Below, in pieces: positions 56,965-64,000 of a stretch of 64,000 nt of DNA. Position 1 is the first letter of the stretch; each line of letters opens with the position of its first letter. The stretch is taken from the NCBI GenBank assembly GCA_016938835.1, contig JAFGTW010000037.1, forward strand, positions 9,918 to 73,917. Direction: 5' to 3'. The notes beneath the pieces were generated by a model that saw nothing but the letters and a program-made list of their open reading frames with translations, searched no databases and was not told where the DNA came from. The DNA comes from Patescibacteria group bacterium (GTDB lineage Bacteria > Patescibacteriota > Patescibacteriia > Patescibacteriales > UBA12465). The translations under genes were made by a program, and so were the position numbers.

Positions 56965-57660
56965 ATGATTAAACTACCAAGTTTAGAAGACATGTTAAAA
57001 GCTGGTATGCATTTTGGACATCGAACTCATCGTTGGCATCCAAAAATGAAACCTTACATCTTTGGTGCTAAGAATGGCATTTATATTATTGATTTAGAAA
57101 AAAGTCGCCAGATGTTAGAAAAGGCTTTAGAGTTTATGTCTCAATTAGTTAAGGAGGGTAAACTTATTTTGTTCGTTGGTACTAAGAGCCAAGTTAAAGA
57201 TTCAATGAAAAAAATGGCCGAGATGACCGGACAACCATATATCGTAGGCAAGTGGTTGGGTGGTTATTTAACTAATTTTAGTGTTGTAAAAAAATCTGTG
57301 AAAAAATATACCGATTTAGTTGAAAAAAGAGATACTGGTAAGTTAGATAAATATACGAAAAAAGAACGTTTAGATTTTGATCGTGATATTAAACGCCTCA
57401 ATGAGCGCGTGGGCGGATTAACTGCTTTAAGTAAGATGCCTGATGCTTTATTTGTTTGGGATATTAAAGAGGAAGAGACAGCAGTAGCTGAGGCTCGTAA
57501 GAAAAATATTCCCGTAATTGCAGTTTGCGATACTAATGTTAATCCTGAATTAGCTAATTATCCAATTCCCGCCAATGATGACGCTACCAAAACCGTTAAA
57601 TTATTAATGGAGATTATTCAGTCAGCTATTATTGATGCTAAAAAAGATTTGAAAAATTAA
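56965..57660 (+). CDS. rpsB: 30S ribosomal protein S2
   Basis: AGMHFGH..WHPKM, LFVGTK, WLGG, DTN, PIPANDDA. Confidence 0.98.
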   Translation: MIKLPSLEDMLKAGMHFGHRTHRWHPKMKPYIFGAKNGIYIIDLEKSRQMLEKALEFMSQLVKEGKLILFVGTKSQVKDSMKKMAEMTGQPYIVGKWLGGYLTNFSVVKKSVKKYTDLVEKRDTGKLDKYTKKERLDFDRDIKRLNERVGGLTALSKMPDALFVWDIKEEETAVAEARKKNIPVIAVCDTNVNPELANYPIPANDDATKTVKLLMEIIQSAIIDAKKDLKN

Positions 57661-57704
57661 TTTTGTTAGGTTTAGCCCAAGCTTTTCCCAACGCTAATAA
57701 TTAT

Positions 57705-58499
57705 ATGGAATTAATTAAACAGTTAAGAGAAATTACCGGTGCCGGTATTGTTGATTGTAAAAAGGCACTTGTTGAATCAAATAATGACATACAGAAAGCT
57801 GTAGATATTTTAAGAAAGAGAGGCATTTCTAAAGCTGCTAAACGCGGCGATAGAGAAACAACTGAAGGAGTGATTAAAGTGGCCGTGAGTCCTGCTGGCG
57901 ATGAGGCTTATGCTTTTGAATTAACTTCTGAAACTGATTTTGTTTCTCGCAATGAGAAGTTTCAAAGTTTTGCTGAAGAGGTTATGGCCTTAGTTTTAAA
58001 AGAAAGGCCAGAGACTGTAGAGGATTTATTAGCCTTACCAATGACCCACGGTAGCGTGCAGGAAGACTTAGCTAACCTTAGTGGTACTATTGGTGAAAAA
58101 ATGAGTATTAGTCGTTATGCTAGAATTAAAGGTACAAGTTTAGCTGCTTATTCTCATTTGGGGGGAAAATTAGGTGTTTTAGTAGCTTTAGATGCGGCTG
58201 ATAAGTCAGATTTAGCTATGGATATTGCCATGCAAGTAGCAGCCGCTAATCCAAAATATTTAGAATCCTCTGAGGTTGAGGCGGGAGAAATGGATCGTGA
58301 AAAAGAAATTTATCGTGATCAATTATTAAAGGAAGGCAAACCAGAGGCGATGATTGAAAAAATATTAGAGGGTAAGATGGCAAAATATTACAGTGAAGTT
58401 TGTTTGGTTGAACAGGAGTATATTAAAGATGATAAAAAGAAGGTTAAGGATATTTTAGGCGCTGTTAAGATTTTAGCTTTTGTGCGTTTTAGTCTTTAA
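57705..58499 (+). CDS. tsf: Elongation factor Ts
   Basis: IKQLREITGAGIVDCKKAL, SETDFV, AMQVAA..P; start moved to ATG 57705. Confidence 0.97.
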   Translation: MELIKQLREITGAGIVDCKKALVESNNDIQKAVDILRKRGISKAAKRGDRETTEGVIKVAVSPAGDEAYAFELTSETDFVSRNEKFQSFAEEVMALVLKERPETVEDLLALPMTHGSVQEDLANLSGTIGEKMSISRYARIKGTSLAAYSHLGGKLGVLVALDAADKSDLAMDIAMQVAAANPKYLESSEVEAGEMDREKEIYRDQLLKEGKPEAMIEKILEGKMAKYYSEVCLVEQEYIKDDKKKVKDILGAVKILAFVRFSL

Positions 58500-58523
58500 T
58501 TTATTTTAAATTCTAATTTTTTA

Positions 58524-58560
58524 GAGCCTCGCTAATATTCAAAAAAACTGGCGAGGCTTT
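58524..58560 (+). terminator. Probable terminator after tsf
   Basis: gagcctcgcta...tggcgaggctt with a large loop. Confidence 0.5.
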
Positions 58561-58569
58561 GTTTATATT

Positions 58570-59412
58570 ATGCCTATTGTACAAGTACAATTTTCACCTT
58601 GGGATAAGGTCTATGATTTTTCTATGTCTAATGATATCGCTGCAACAGTTGGCGATTTTGTAATTGTAGATACGGAGATTGGTAAGGAATTAGGTAAAAT
58701 AACAGCTTTTATTGATGCTTCTAAACAAGAAATAGAATTGAAGACAGTCTTAAGACTTGCTAGTCTTGATGATGCTAAATCAGTTTATAATAATGAGCGC
58801 CGCGACCAGGCTATGTCTTTATGTCAAGATTTAATTACTCGCCATAATTTAGACATGAAGCTTATTGACGCTCGTTATTCCTATACTGGTAATCGTTTAA
58901 CTTATGCCTTTGCATCCGATGGGCGTGTTGATTTTAGAGAATTAGTTAAGGATTTAAATGCGAGCCTTAATTTAAATATTCGTCTCTTACAAATTGGTTC
59001 ACGCGACGAGGCTCGTTGCGAAGGTGATTGTGGTCCATGTGGATTAGAACTTTGTTGCCGTAGATTTGTGCGTGACTTTTCCTCCATCACTTCAGAAATG
59101 GCTGAAGCCCAACAAGTTGTTCATCGCGGTAGTGATCGTATTTCTGGTATGTGCGGACGCTTGATGTGTTGTCTCAGTTTTGAATATGTTGGCTACAAGG
59201 AGATGGCGGCTCAATTGCCGCCGTTAGGCACAAAAATTAAAGTTGAGGGTAGAATTGGTACAGTTATTGGTCATCATATTTTAGCTAAAACTATCGATGT
59301 CCGCTTTCCGCCAGAACATGAGGGAGAAAGAGCTTTAATTATTAAAGTTGATCCAAATAAAAAAGTTGATAAAAAAGATAAGGAAAAAGAAAACAAATTT
59401 AGGCGTTTTTAG
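58570..59412 (+). CDS. ricT: PSP1/YaaT Fe-S protein RicT
   Basis: RVDFRELVKDL, QIGSRDEA, GPCGLELCC, ISGMCGRLMCCL. Confidence 0.9.
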   Translation: MPIVQVQFSPWDKVYDFSMSNDIAATVGDFVIVDTEIGKELGKITAFIDASKQEIELKTVLRLASLDDAKSVYNNERRDQAMSLCQDLITRHNLDMKLIDARYSYTGNRLTYAFASDGRVDFRELVKDLNASLNLNIRLLQIGSRDEARCEGDCGPCGLELCCRRFVRDFSSITSEMAEAQQVVHRGSDRISGMCGRLMCCLSFEYVGYKEMAAQLPPLGTKIKVEGRIGTVIGHHILAKTIDVRFPPEHEGERALIIKVDPNKKVDKKDKEKENKFRRF

Positions 59413-59434
59413 AAGTAGGTGGCAAAGATAAAAT

Positions 59435-59480
59435 AAGCCTCTTTGCGGGGGCTTTTTTTGTGCTTAAAATATGCTATAAT
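59435..59480 (+). terminator. Terminator followed by an extended -10 promoter for gap
   Basis: aagcctct-ttgc-gggggctt plus T-tract; TGCTATAAT at 59472-59480. Confidence 0.65.
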
Positions 59481-59517
59481 TAAAGATAATCAATCTAATT
59501 TATTAAGAAATTATTTT

Positions 59518-60531
59518 ATGTCTTTAAACCTTGCTATTAATGGTTTTGGCCGTATTGGTCGAGCCGCTTTCAAGATTATTTTAGATAGTCACCCAGATTT
59601 AAAAATAGTGGCTATTAACGATTTAACCGATACTAAGACTTTAGCTCATTTATTGGCCCATGACTCTTGTTATGGTCCTTATCAGCATAAAGTTTTTGGT
59701 GACTCTAAAGGTTTAATAGTAAAAGGAAAGAGATATGCTGTTTTTGCTGAAAAAGATCCACTGCAGTTGCCTTGGAAGAAGTTGGGTGTAGATGTAGTTC
59801 TAGAATGTACTGGACATTTTCGTGATAAAGAAAGTGCTTCTTTACACCTTAATGCTGGCGCCAAGAAAGTTATTATTTCCGCCCCGGCTAAGAAGGGTGG
59901 AGTAAAAACAATTGTACTCGGAGTTAATGATAAGCAGTTAAAAGCAAGTGATAATATTATTTCTAATGCTTCCTGTACTACTAATTGTCTTGCTCCAGCT
60001 ATGGCGGTAATTAAAGAAAAATTTGGTGTTAAGAAGGCTTTGATGACTACAATTCATTCTTATACAGCTGATCAAAATTTAGTTGACGGACCTCATTCTG
60101 ATTTACGTCGAGCTCGGGCAGCTGCAATTAATATGGTGCCAACTACTACCGGAGCTGCTATTGCCGTAGCTGAAACTATTCCTAGTTTAAAAGGGCGTTT
60201 TGATGGTCTTGCTGTTAGGGTTCCAACTCCGCTGGCTTCTTTGTGTGATATCGTTTGTGTATTAAATAAAAAGACTAATGATATTACGGTTAATAAAGCA
60301 TTTATAGCAGCTGCTAAAGGGAAGTTAAAGGGAATTTTAGAAGCTTCTGATGAGGAATTAGTTTCCACGGATATTATTGGCAATAACCATAGTTCAATTA
60401 TTGATTTAAAAAATACTAAGATTGTTGATGGGGACTTACTAAAGGTTGTCGCTTGGTATGATAATGAGTGGGGTTATTCCAGTCGCTTAGTGGAACTTGC
60501 TGCTTCACTGAAAAAGTTTATCAAAAAGTAA
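59518..60531 (+). CDS. gap: Type I glyceraldehyde-3-phosphate dehydrogenase
   Basis: INGFGRIGR, SNASCTTNCL, DLRRARAA, WYDNEWGYS; start ATG 59518. Confidence 0.97.
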   Translation: MSLNLAINGFGRIGRAAFKIILDSHPDLKIVAINDLTDTKTLAHLLAHDSCYGPYQHKVFGDSKGLIVKGKRYAVFAEKDPLQLPWKKLGVDVVLECTGHFRDKESASLHLNAGAKKVIISAPAKKGGVKTIVLGVNDKQLKASDNIISNASCTTNCLAPAMAVIKEKFGVKKALMTTIHSYTADQNLVDGPHSDLRRARAAAINMVPTTTGAAIAVAETIPSLKGRFDGLAVRVPTPLASLCDIVCVLNKKTNDITVNKAFIAAAKGKLKGILEASDEELVSTDIIGNNHSSIIDLKNTKIVDGDLLKVVAWYDNEWGYSSRLVELAASLKKFIKK

Positions 60532-60562
60532 TTAATATACTTAATAAATTTATCTTAAATTT

Positions 60563-61294
60563 ATGCAAGAAAATGTTTCTTCATCAAGGTCTAAAATGAC
60601 ACCATTTCTACAAACATTAATTCAAGCCTGGCGCTTATATGTTCGTGGTTTTGTTTCCTTTATCGGTATGTACTTATGGGGCCTGCTGGGTTTATTGCCA
60701 GTATTAGTATTAGCTTTATTAGCTTTGTTGGTATTTATGGTTTTGTCCTGGCATTTCTTTGTCTTGTATGTTCTTTTTGCTTTGCTTGGTCTAGCCTCTT
60801 TTGCTTGGGCTATTTATTATGGAACTCGGGCTAAAATTGGTTTAATATTATTATTAAAAAATGATTTTAAGAGTGTTAAGGCTGATTTTAAAGAAAGTAA
60901 AAAATATTTCTGGCGCTTTCTTTGGGCATCTTTGTTGGTTTCTTTAATTACAATAGTGCTGAGTCTTTTTTTAATTATTCCCGGGATTGTAGTTGGTGTA
61001 TCGTATGCTTTTACTTTATTTGCTGTAGTTTTAGCGGATAAACGCACTTTTTCTTCTATTGAAAAAAGTTATGATTTAGTTAAAAAATATTGGTGGCCAG
61101 TATTCGGGCGTTTTTTATTGCTCGGATTAATTGCCTTTGTGCTCGTATTAGTTATGAATATTCCGATGTCATATTTAAATGACATGGGTAAACAGGTGTA
61201 TTCAACTTTTTTCAATTTAGTTTGGGCTATACTTACTCCATATTTTTTAGTGTATACATATTTTATGTATCAAGACCTTGTTTCTAAACAGTAG
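60563..61294 (+). CDS. Hypothetical multi-pass membrane protein
   Basis: Several TMs; FLIIPGI, S..LVK.YWW.VFGR pattern. Confidence 0.65.
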   Translation: MQENVSSSRSKMTPFLQTLIQAWRLYVRGFVSFIGMYLWGLLGLLPVLVLALLALLVFMVLSWHFFVLYVLFALLGLASFAWAIYYGTRAKIGLILLLKNDFKSVKADFKESKKYFWRFLWASLLVSLITIVLSLFLIIPGIVVGVSYAFTLFAVVLADKRTFSSIEKSYDLVKKYWWPVFGRFLLLGLIAFVLVLVMNIPMSYLNDMGKQVYSTFFNLVWAILTPYFLVYTYFMYQDLVSKQ

Positions 61295-61334
61295 GCAATA
61301 GTTTAATAAAATAGGACGATTAAAATATCAGTTT

Positions 61335-62801
61335 ATGACGATTCCGGTATACATTTTAAAGATTATCAAGAAGCTGCACGCTGTTGGCTATAAGGTTGAA
61401 TTAGTGGGCGGTTGCGTTCGTGATGTGTTGATGGAAAAACAACCAAAGGACTGGGACTTAACCACTAATGCTCGTCCGGAACAGATATTATCTTTGTTTA
61501 AAGAAGCAAAATATGAGAATGATTTTGGAACAGTTCTAATCCCTTGTAAAGACAAAAATAAGAAATTATTAGGAGTAGCTGAAATAACTACTTATCGCTC
61601 TGAAAAAGCTTATAATGATCGTCGTCATCCGGATGAAGTTCGTTTTGAGAATGAAATTGAAAAAGATTTAGAGAGACGAGATTTTACTATTAATGCCATG
61701 GCTTTACGCATGGATAAAGATGGTGAGCATGAGTTTGGTAGCGAACACTTTATTTTGATTGATTTATTTGGTGGTTGGAAAGATATACGTAAAAAAGTTA
61801 TCAGAGCTGTTGGCGAACCTTCCGATCGCTTTAAGGAGGACGCTTTGCGCATGATGCGTGCTATTCGTTTTTCTGCTCAATTGGGCTTTTCCTTAGAACC
61901 AAAGACTCTTCGATCTATTACTAAATTGGCTGGTAGTTTGAAGTTTGTGGCCAAAGAAAGACTTAAGGATGAGTTGATTAAGATTTTGAGTTCGGATAGA
62001 CCAGCTGAAGGAATTAAAAATTTACAAGAAAGTAAGTTATTGCAATATTTAATTCCTGAACTTGAACAGGGAATTGGTGTTCGTCAAAATCATCACCATA
62101 TTTATCCGGTTTATAAGCATAACCTTTTATCTTTGCAAAATTGCCCTAGTTCCGAATGGCAGGTGCGTTTAGCTGCACTTTTACATGATGTCGGAAAACC
62201 TAAGGCTAAACGTTTTATTAATTCTCAGGTAACTTTTTATAATCACGAATATATTGGCGCTAAAATGGTAGATAAAATCATGAGTCGCCTAAAGTTTAAA
62301 AATGAAGATCGTGAAAGAGTGGTAAACCTTGTCAGAAATCATATGTTTTATTATGATGTAGGAGAGGTAACAGCCGCTTCTGTGAGACGTTTGGTAAGTA
62401 AGGTGGGACGAGAAAATCTGCAAGACTTGATTCATCTGCGTGTTGCTGATAGGCTTGGATCTGGTACGCCCAAGGCGATGCCTTATAAGCTTCGGCATTT
62501 ACAGTATATGATGGAAAAAGTGCAACATGATCCTGTTTCTGTAAAGATGTTAGCTATTAATGGGGATAGTTTAATTACAGAGCTTAAACTCAAACCTAGT
62601 CCTAAGATTGGCGCAATTTTAGATGTATTATTAGGTGAAGTATTAGAAGATCCGGAAAGAAATAACTCTAAATATTTACTGAAGAGAGCTAAGGAGTTAA
62701 AAACGGGCGAATTGGAGGATTTACGATCTCAAGCTAAGCAGTTAATTGAAGAAAAGAGAGAAGATGAGGATAGAAATATTCAACAACGTTATAAAGTTTA
62801 A
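61335..62801 (+). CDS. cca: tRNA nucleotidyltransferase (CCA-adding class II) with an HD domain
   Basis: LVGGCVRD..DWDL, DLERRDFTINAMA, RFKEDALRMMRAIRF, LLHDVGK. Confidence 0.9.
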   Translation: MTIPVYILKIIKKLHAVGYKVELVGGCVRDVLMEKQPKDWDLTTNARPEQILSLFKEAKYENDFGTVLIPCKDKNKKLLGVAEITTYRSEKAYNDRRHPDEVRFENEIEKDLERRDFTINAMALRMDKDGEHEFGSEHFILIDLFGGWKDIRKKVIRAVGEPSDRFKEDALRMMRAIRFSAQLGFSLEPKTLRSITKLAGSLKFVAKERLKDELIKILSSDRPAEGIKNLQESKLLQYLIPELEQGIGVRQNHHHIYPVYKHNLLSLQNCPSSEWQVRLAALLHDVGKPKAKRFINSQVTFYNHEYIGAKMVDKIMSRLKFKNEDRERVVNLVRNHMFYYDVGEVTAASVRRLVSKVGRENLQDLIHLRVADRLGSGTPKAMPYKLRHLQYMMEKVQHDPVSVKMLAINGDSLITELKLKPSPKIGAILDVLLGEVLEDPERNNSKYLLKRAKELKTGELEDLRSQAKQLIEEKREDEDRNIQQRYKV

Positions 62802-62852
62802 CTGATTTTTTGTTCCTTGATTTTTTTGTATCAAGGTATTAATTATAATTTT

Positions 62853-63659
62853 ATGAAAAAAATTAATAAATCACTTCTAGTGTTTGGTTTGGGGGCTTTA
62901 GTTTTAACATTGTCCGCTTGCGGCACGGAAGTTCCTAATGTTAACGATAATATGGATATTCAAGATCAAAAAGCTGTTTCAGAAACAGCTAATTCTAGGC
63001 AAGCCAATAATAATGGCACTGTTAAAAAAATAGATGACGGTGAATTTCAAGCAGAGACAACTCCGACGAATGAAATGCTTGCAACAATTAATGATGAGGC
63101 TAAAGTGGCTGAAAAAGAAGCAACTTTAGCAAAAGTAGTGGCCCCTGATCAACAGATTAGTTTAATTTCTGAATACAGTGGCGCTATTATCAAGACAAAC
63201 ATGGGTGATATTCAAGTAAAATTTTATAACGAAGAATCCCCAGTCACAGTGAACAATTTCATGAATTTAGCCCAGGCCGGCTTCTATAATGGAACAGCAT
63301 TTCATCGTGTTATTAAAGATTTTATGATTCAGGGCGGTGATCCAAATTCTAAGGATGATGATTGGTCTAATGATGGCATAGGTGGCCCTGGATATTATTT
63401 TGCTGATGAAATTAATGATCATAAGCTAGTGGCTGGTTCTTTGGCTATGGCTAATAGAGGGGCAGGCACTAGTAGTAATGGTTCTCAGTTTTTTATTGTT
63501 ACGGCCGCCTCTACGCCTTGGCTAGATGGTTCTCATACTAATTTTGGTCAGGTTATTTCTGGCATGGACGTGGTTAATAAAATTAGTGTTGTTGCTGTTA
63601 ACGCTAATGACCACCCACTTGAGGATGTAGTAGTTCAAAATATTGAATTAGTAAAATAG
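62853..63659 (+). CDS. Cyclophilin-type PPIase lipoprotein
   Basis: Lipobox LSAC; [36 protein letters not shown]; start ATG 62853. Confidence 0.92.
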   Translation: MKKINKSLLVFGLGALVLTLSACGTEVPNVNDNMDIQDQKAVSETANSRQANNNGTVKKIDDGEFQAETTPTNEMLATINDEAKVAEKEATLAKVVAPDQQISLISEYSGAIIKTNMGDIQVKFYNEESPVTVNNFMNLAQAGFYNGTAFHRVIKDFMIQGGDPNSKDDDWSNDGIGGPGYYFADEINDHKLVAGSLAMANRGAGTSSNGSQFFIVTAASTPWLDGSHTNFGQVISGMDVVNKISVVAVNANDHPLEDVVVQNIELVK

Positions 63660-63708
63660 TTTATTTGCAAAAGATTACTGGCAAGATTTATTTTTTAGCC
63701 GTTAAAAC

Positions 63709-63741
63709 AAAACCCCCACTTTTTATAAAGTGGGGGTTTTT
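63709..63741. terminator. Strong bidirectional terminator
   Basis: aaaacccccacttt-ttat-aaagtgggggtttt perfect 14 bp inverted repeat. Confidence 0.85.
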
Positions 63742-63762
63742 AGAATTTGCTGTAAAATATCT

Positions 63763-63999
63763 TTAGAATCGTTTTTCAAGAGGTCGAGCCTCATTAACAG
63801 TTATACTGCGTCCATCCAATTCTTGGTTGTTCCACATAGTAATGGCAGCTTGAGCCATTTCCTCAGTTTCCATCTCTACAAAGCCGAAACCTTTAGATCG
63901 CTTAGTCATACGATCTTTGATGATAATAGCAGAAATAACAGTGCCAGCTTGAGCAAAAGCGTCTGCTAATACATCTTCAGTTGTTTGGAAAGATAAGGA
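63763..63999 (-). CDS. Single-RRM RNA-binding protein, 5'-truncated by the window edge (absent from the ORF track)
   Basis: Hand translation: SLSFQTTEDVLADAFAQAGTVISAIIIKDRMTKRSKGFGFVEM...LDGRSITVNEARPLEKRF*; RNP-1 KGFGFVEM. Confidence 0.92.
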   Translation of the reverse strand, partial: SLSFQTTEDVLADAFAQAGTVISAIIIKDRMTKRSKGFGFVEMETEEMAQAAITMWNNQELDGRSITVNEARPLEKRF

Positions 64000-64000
64000 A

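Noticed and set aside
800-62498. Other short ORFs nested in or antisense to long genes
   Set aside because: They lie essentially within well-supported CDSs and show no motifs.
63730-63969. 79-aa + strand ORF
   Set aside because: Antisense shadow of the minus-strand RRM gene.
1-64000. Genetic code 25 (TGA=Gly)
   Set aside because: Conserved genes are full length under code 11, and TGA ends GH3 and tsaB at plausible termini.

Overview
An AT-rich (roughly 35% GC, by eye), gene-dense, strongly + strand-biased chromosomal segment. It looks like a Patescibacteria/CPR genome, probably Parcubacteria. This is inferred from starts that mostly lack Shine-Dalgarno motifs, a truncated TsaB and pyruvate kinase, a sigma70-r4/HARE-HTH fusion, DUF4012-like and DUF11-like surface proteins, and 'GRILLQVE..GEAWYV' repeats. 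TGA is used as a stop, so the code is 11. Housekeeping content: partial DEAD-box helicase, rarA, hisS, rnhB, tRNA-Leu(CAG), cysS, dus, tsaB, tgt, rlmN, rpsB-tsf, ricT, CCA-adding enzyme, cyclophilin, and a partial RRM protein not in the ORF track. Envelope and transport content: MacAB-like efflux operon, Ca/Na and Kef antiporters, a reduced dcw cluster (mraZ-rsmH-ftsL-ftsI-murF), rfbD/rfbA and glycosyltransferases. Metabolic and regulatory content: pyk-eno, gap, sodB, GH3 enzyme, ECF sigma/anti-sigma pair, a tspO-cN-III-Nudix-acd-DUF1295 operon and an orphan response regulator. No mobile element or CRISPR array was seen. Best leads: (1) an unannotated minus-strand mini transcription unit at 26131-26270; (2) a candidate ECF regulon defined by a shared promoter motif; (3) a Tgt lacking its Zn-ligand cysteines and with a remodelled base pocket; (4) a cN-IIIB-like nucleotidase coupled to a Nudix hydrolase; (5) a GH3 enzyme coupled to a K+/H+ antiporter. 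All family assignments come from motifs recognised by eye; no database search was run.
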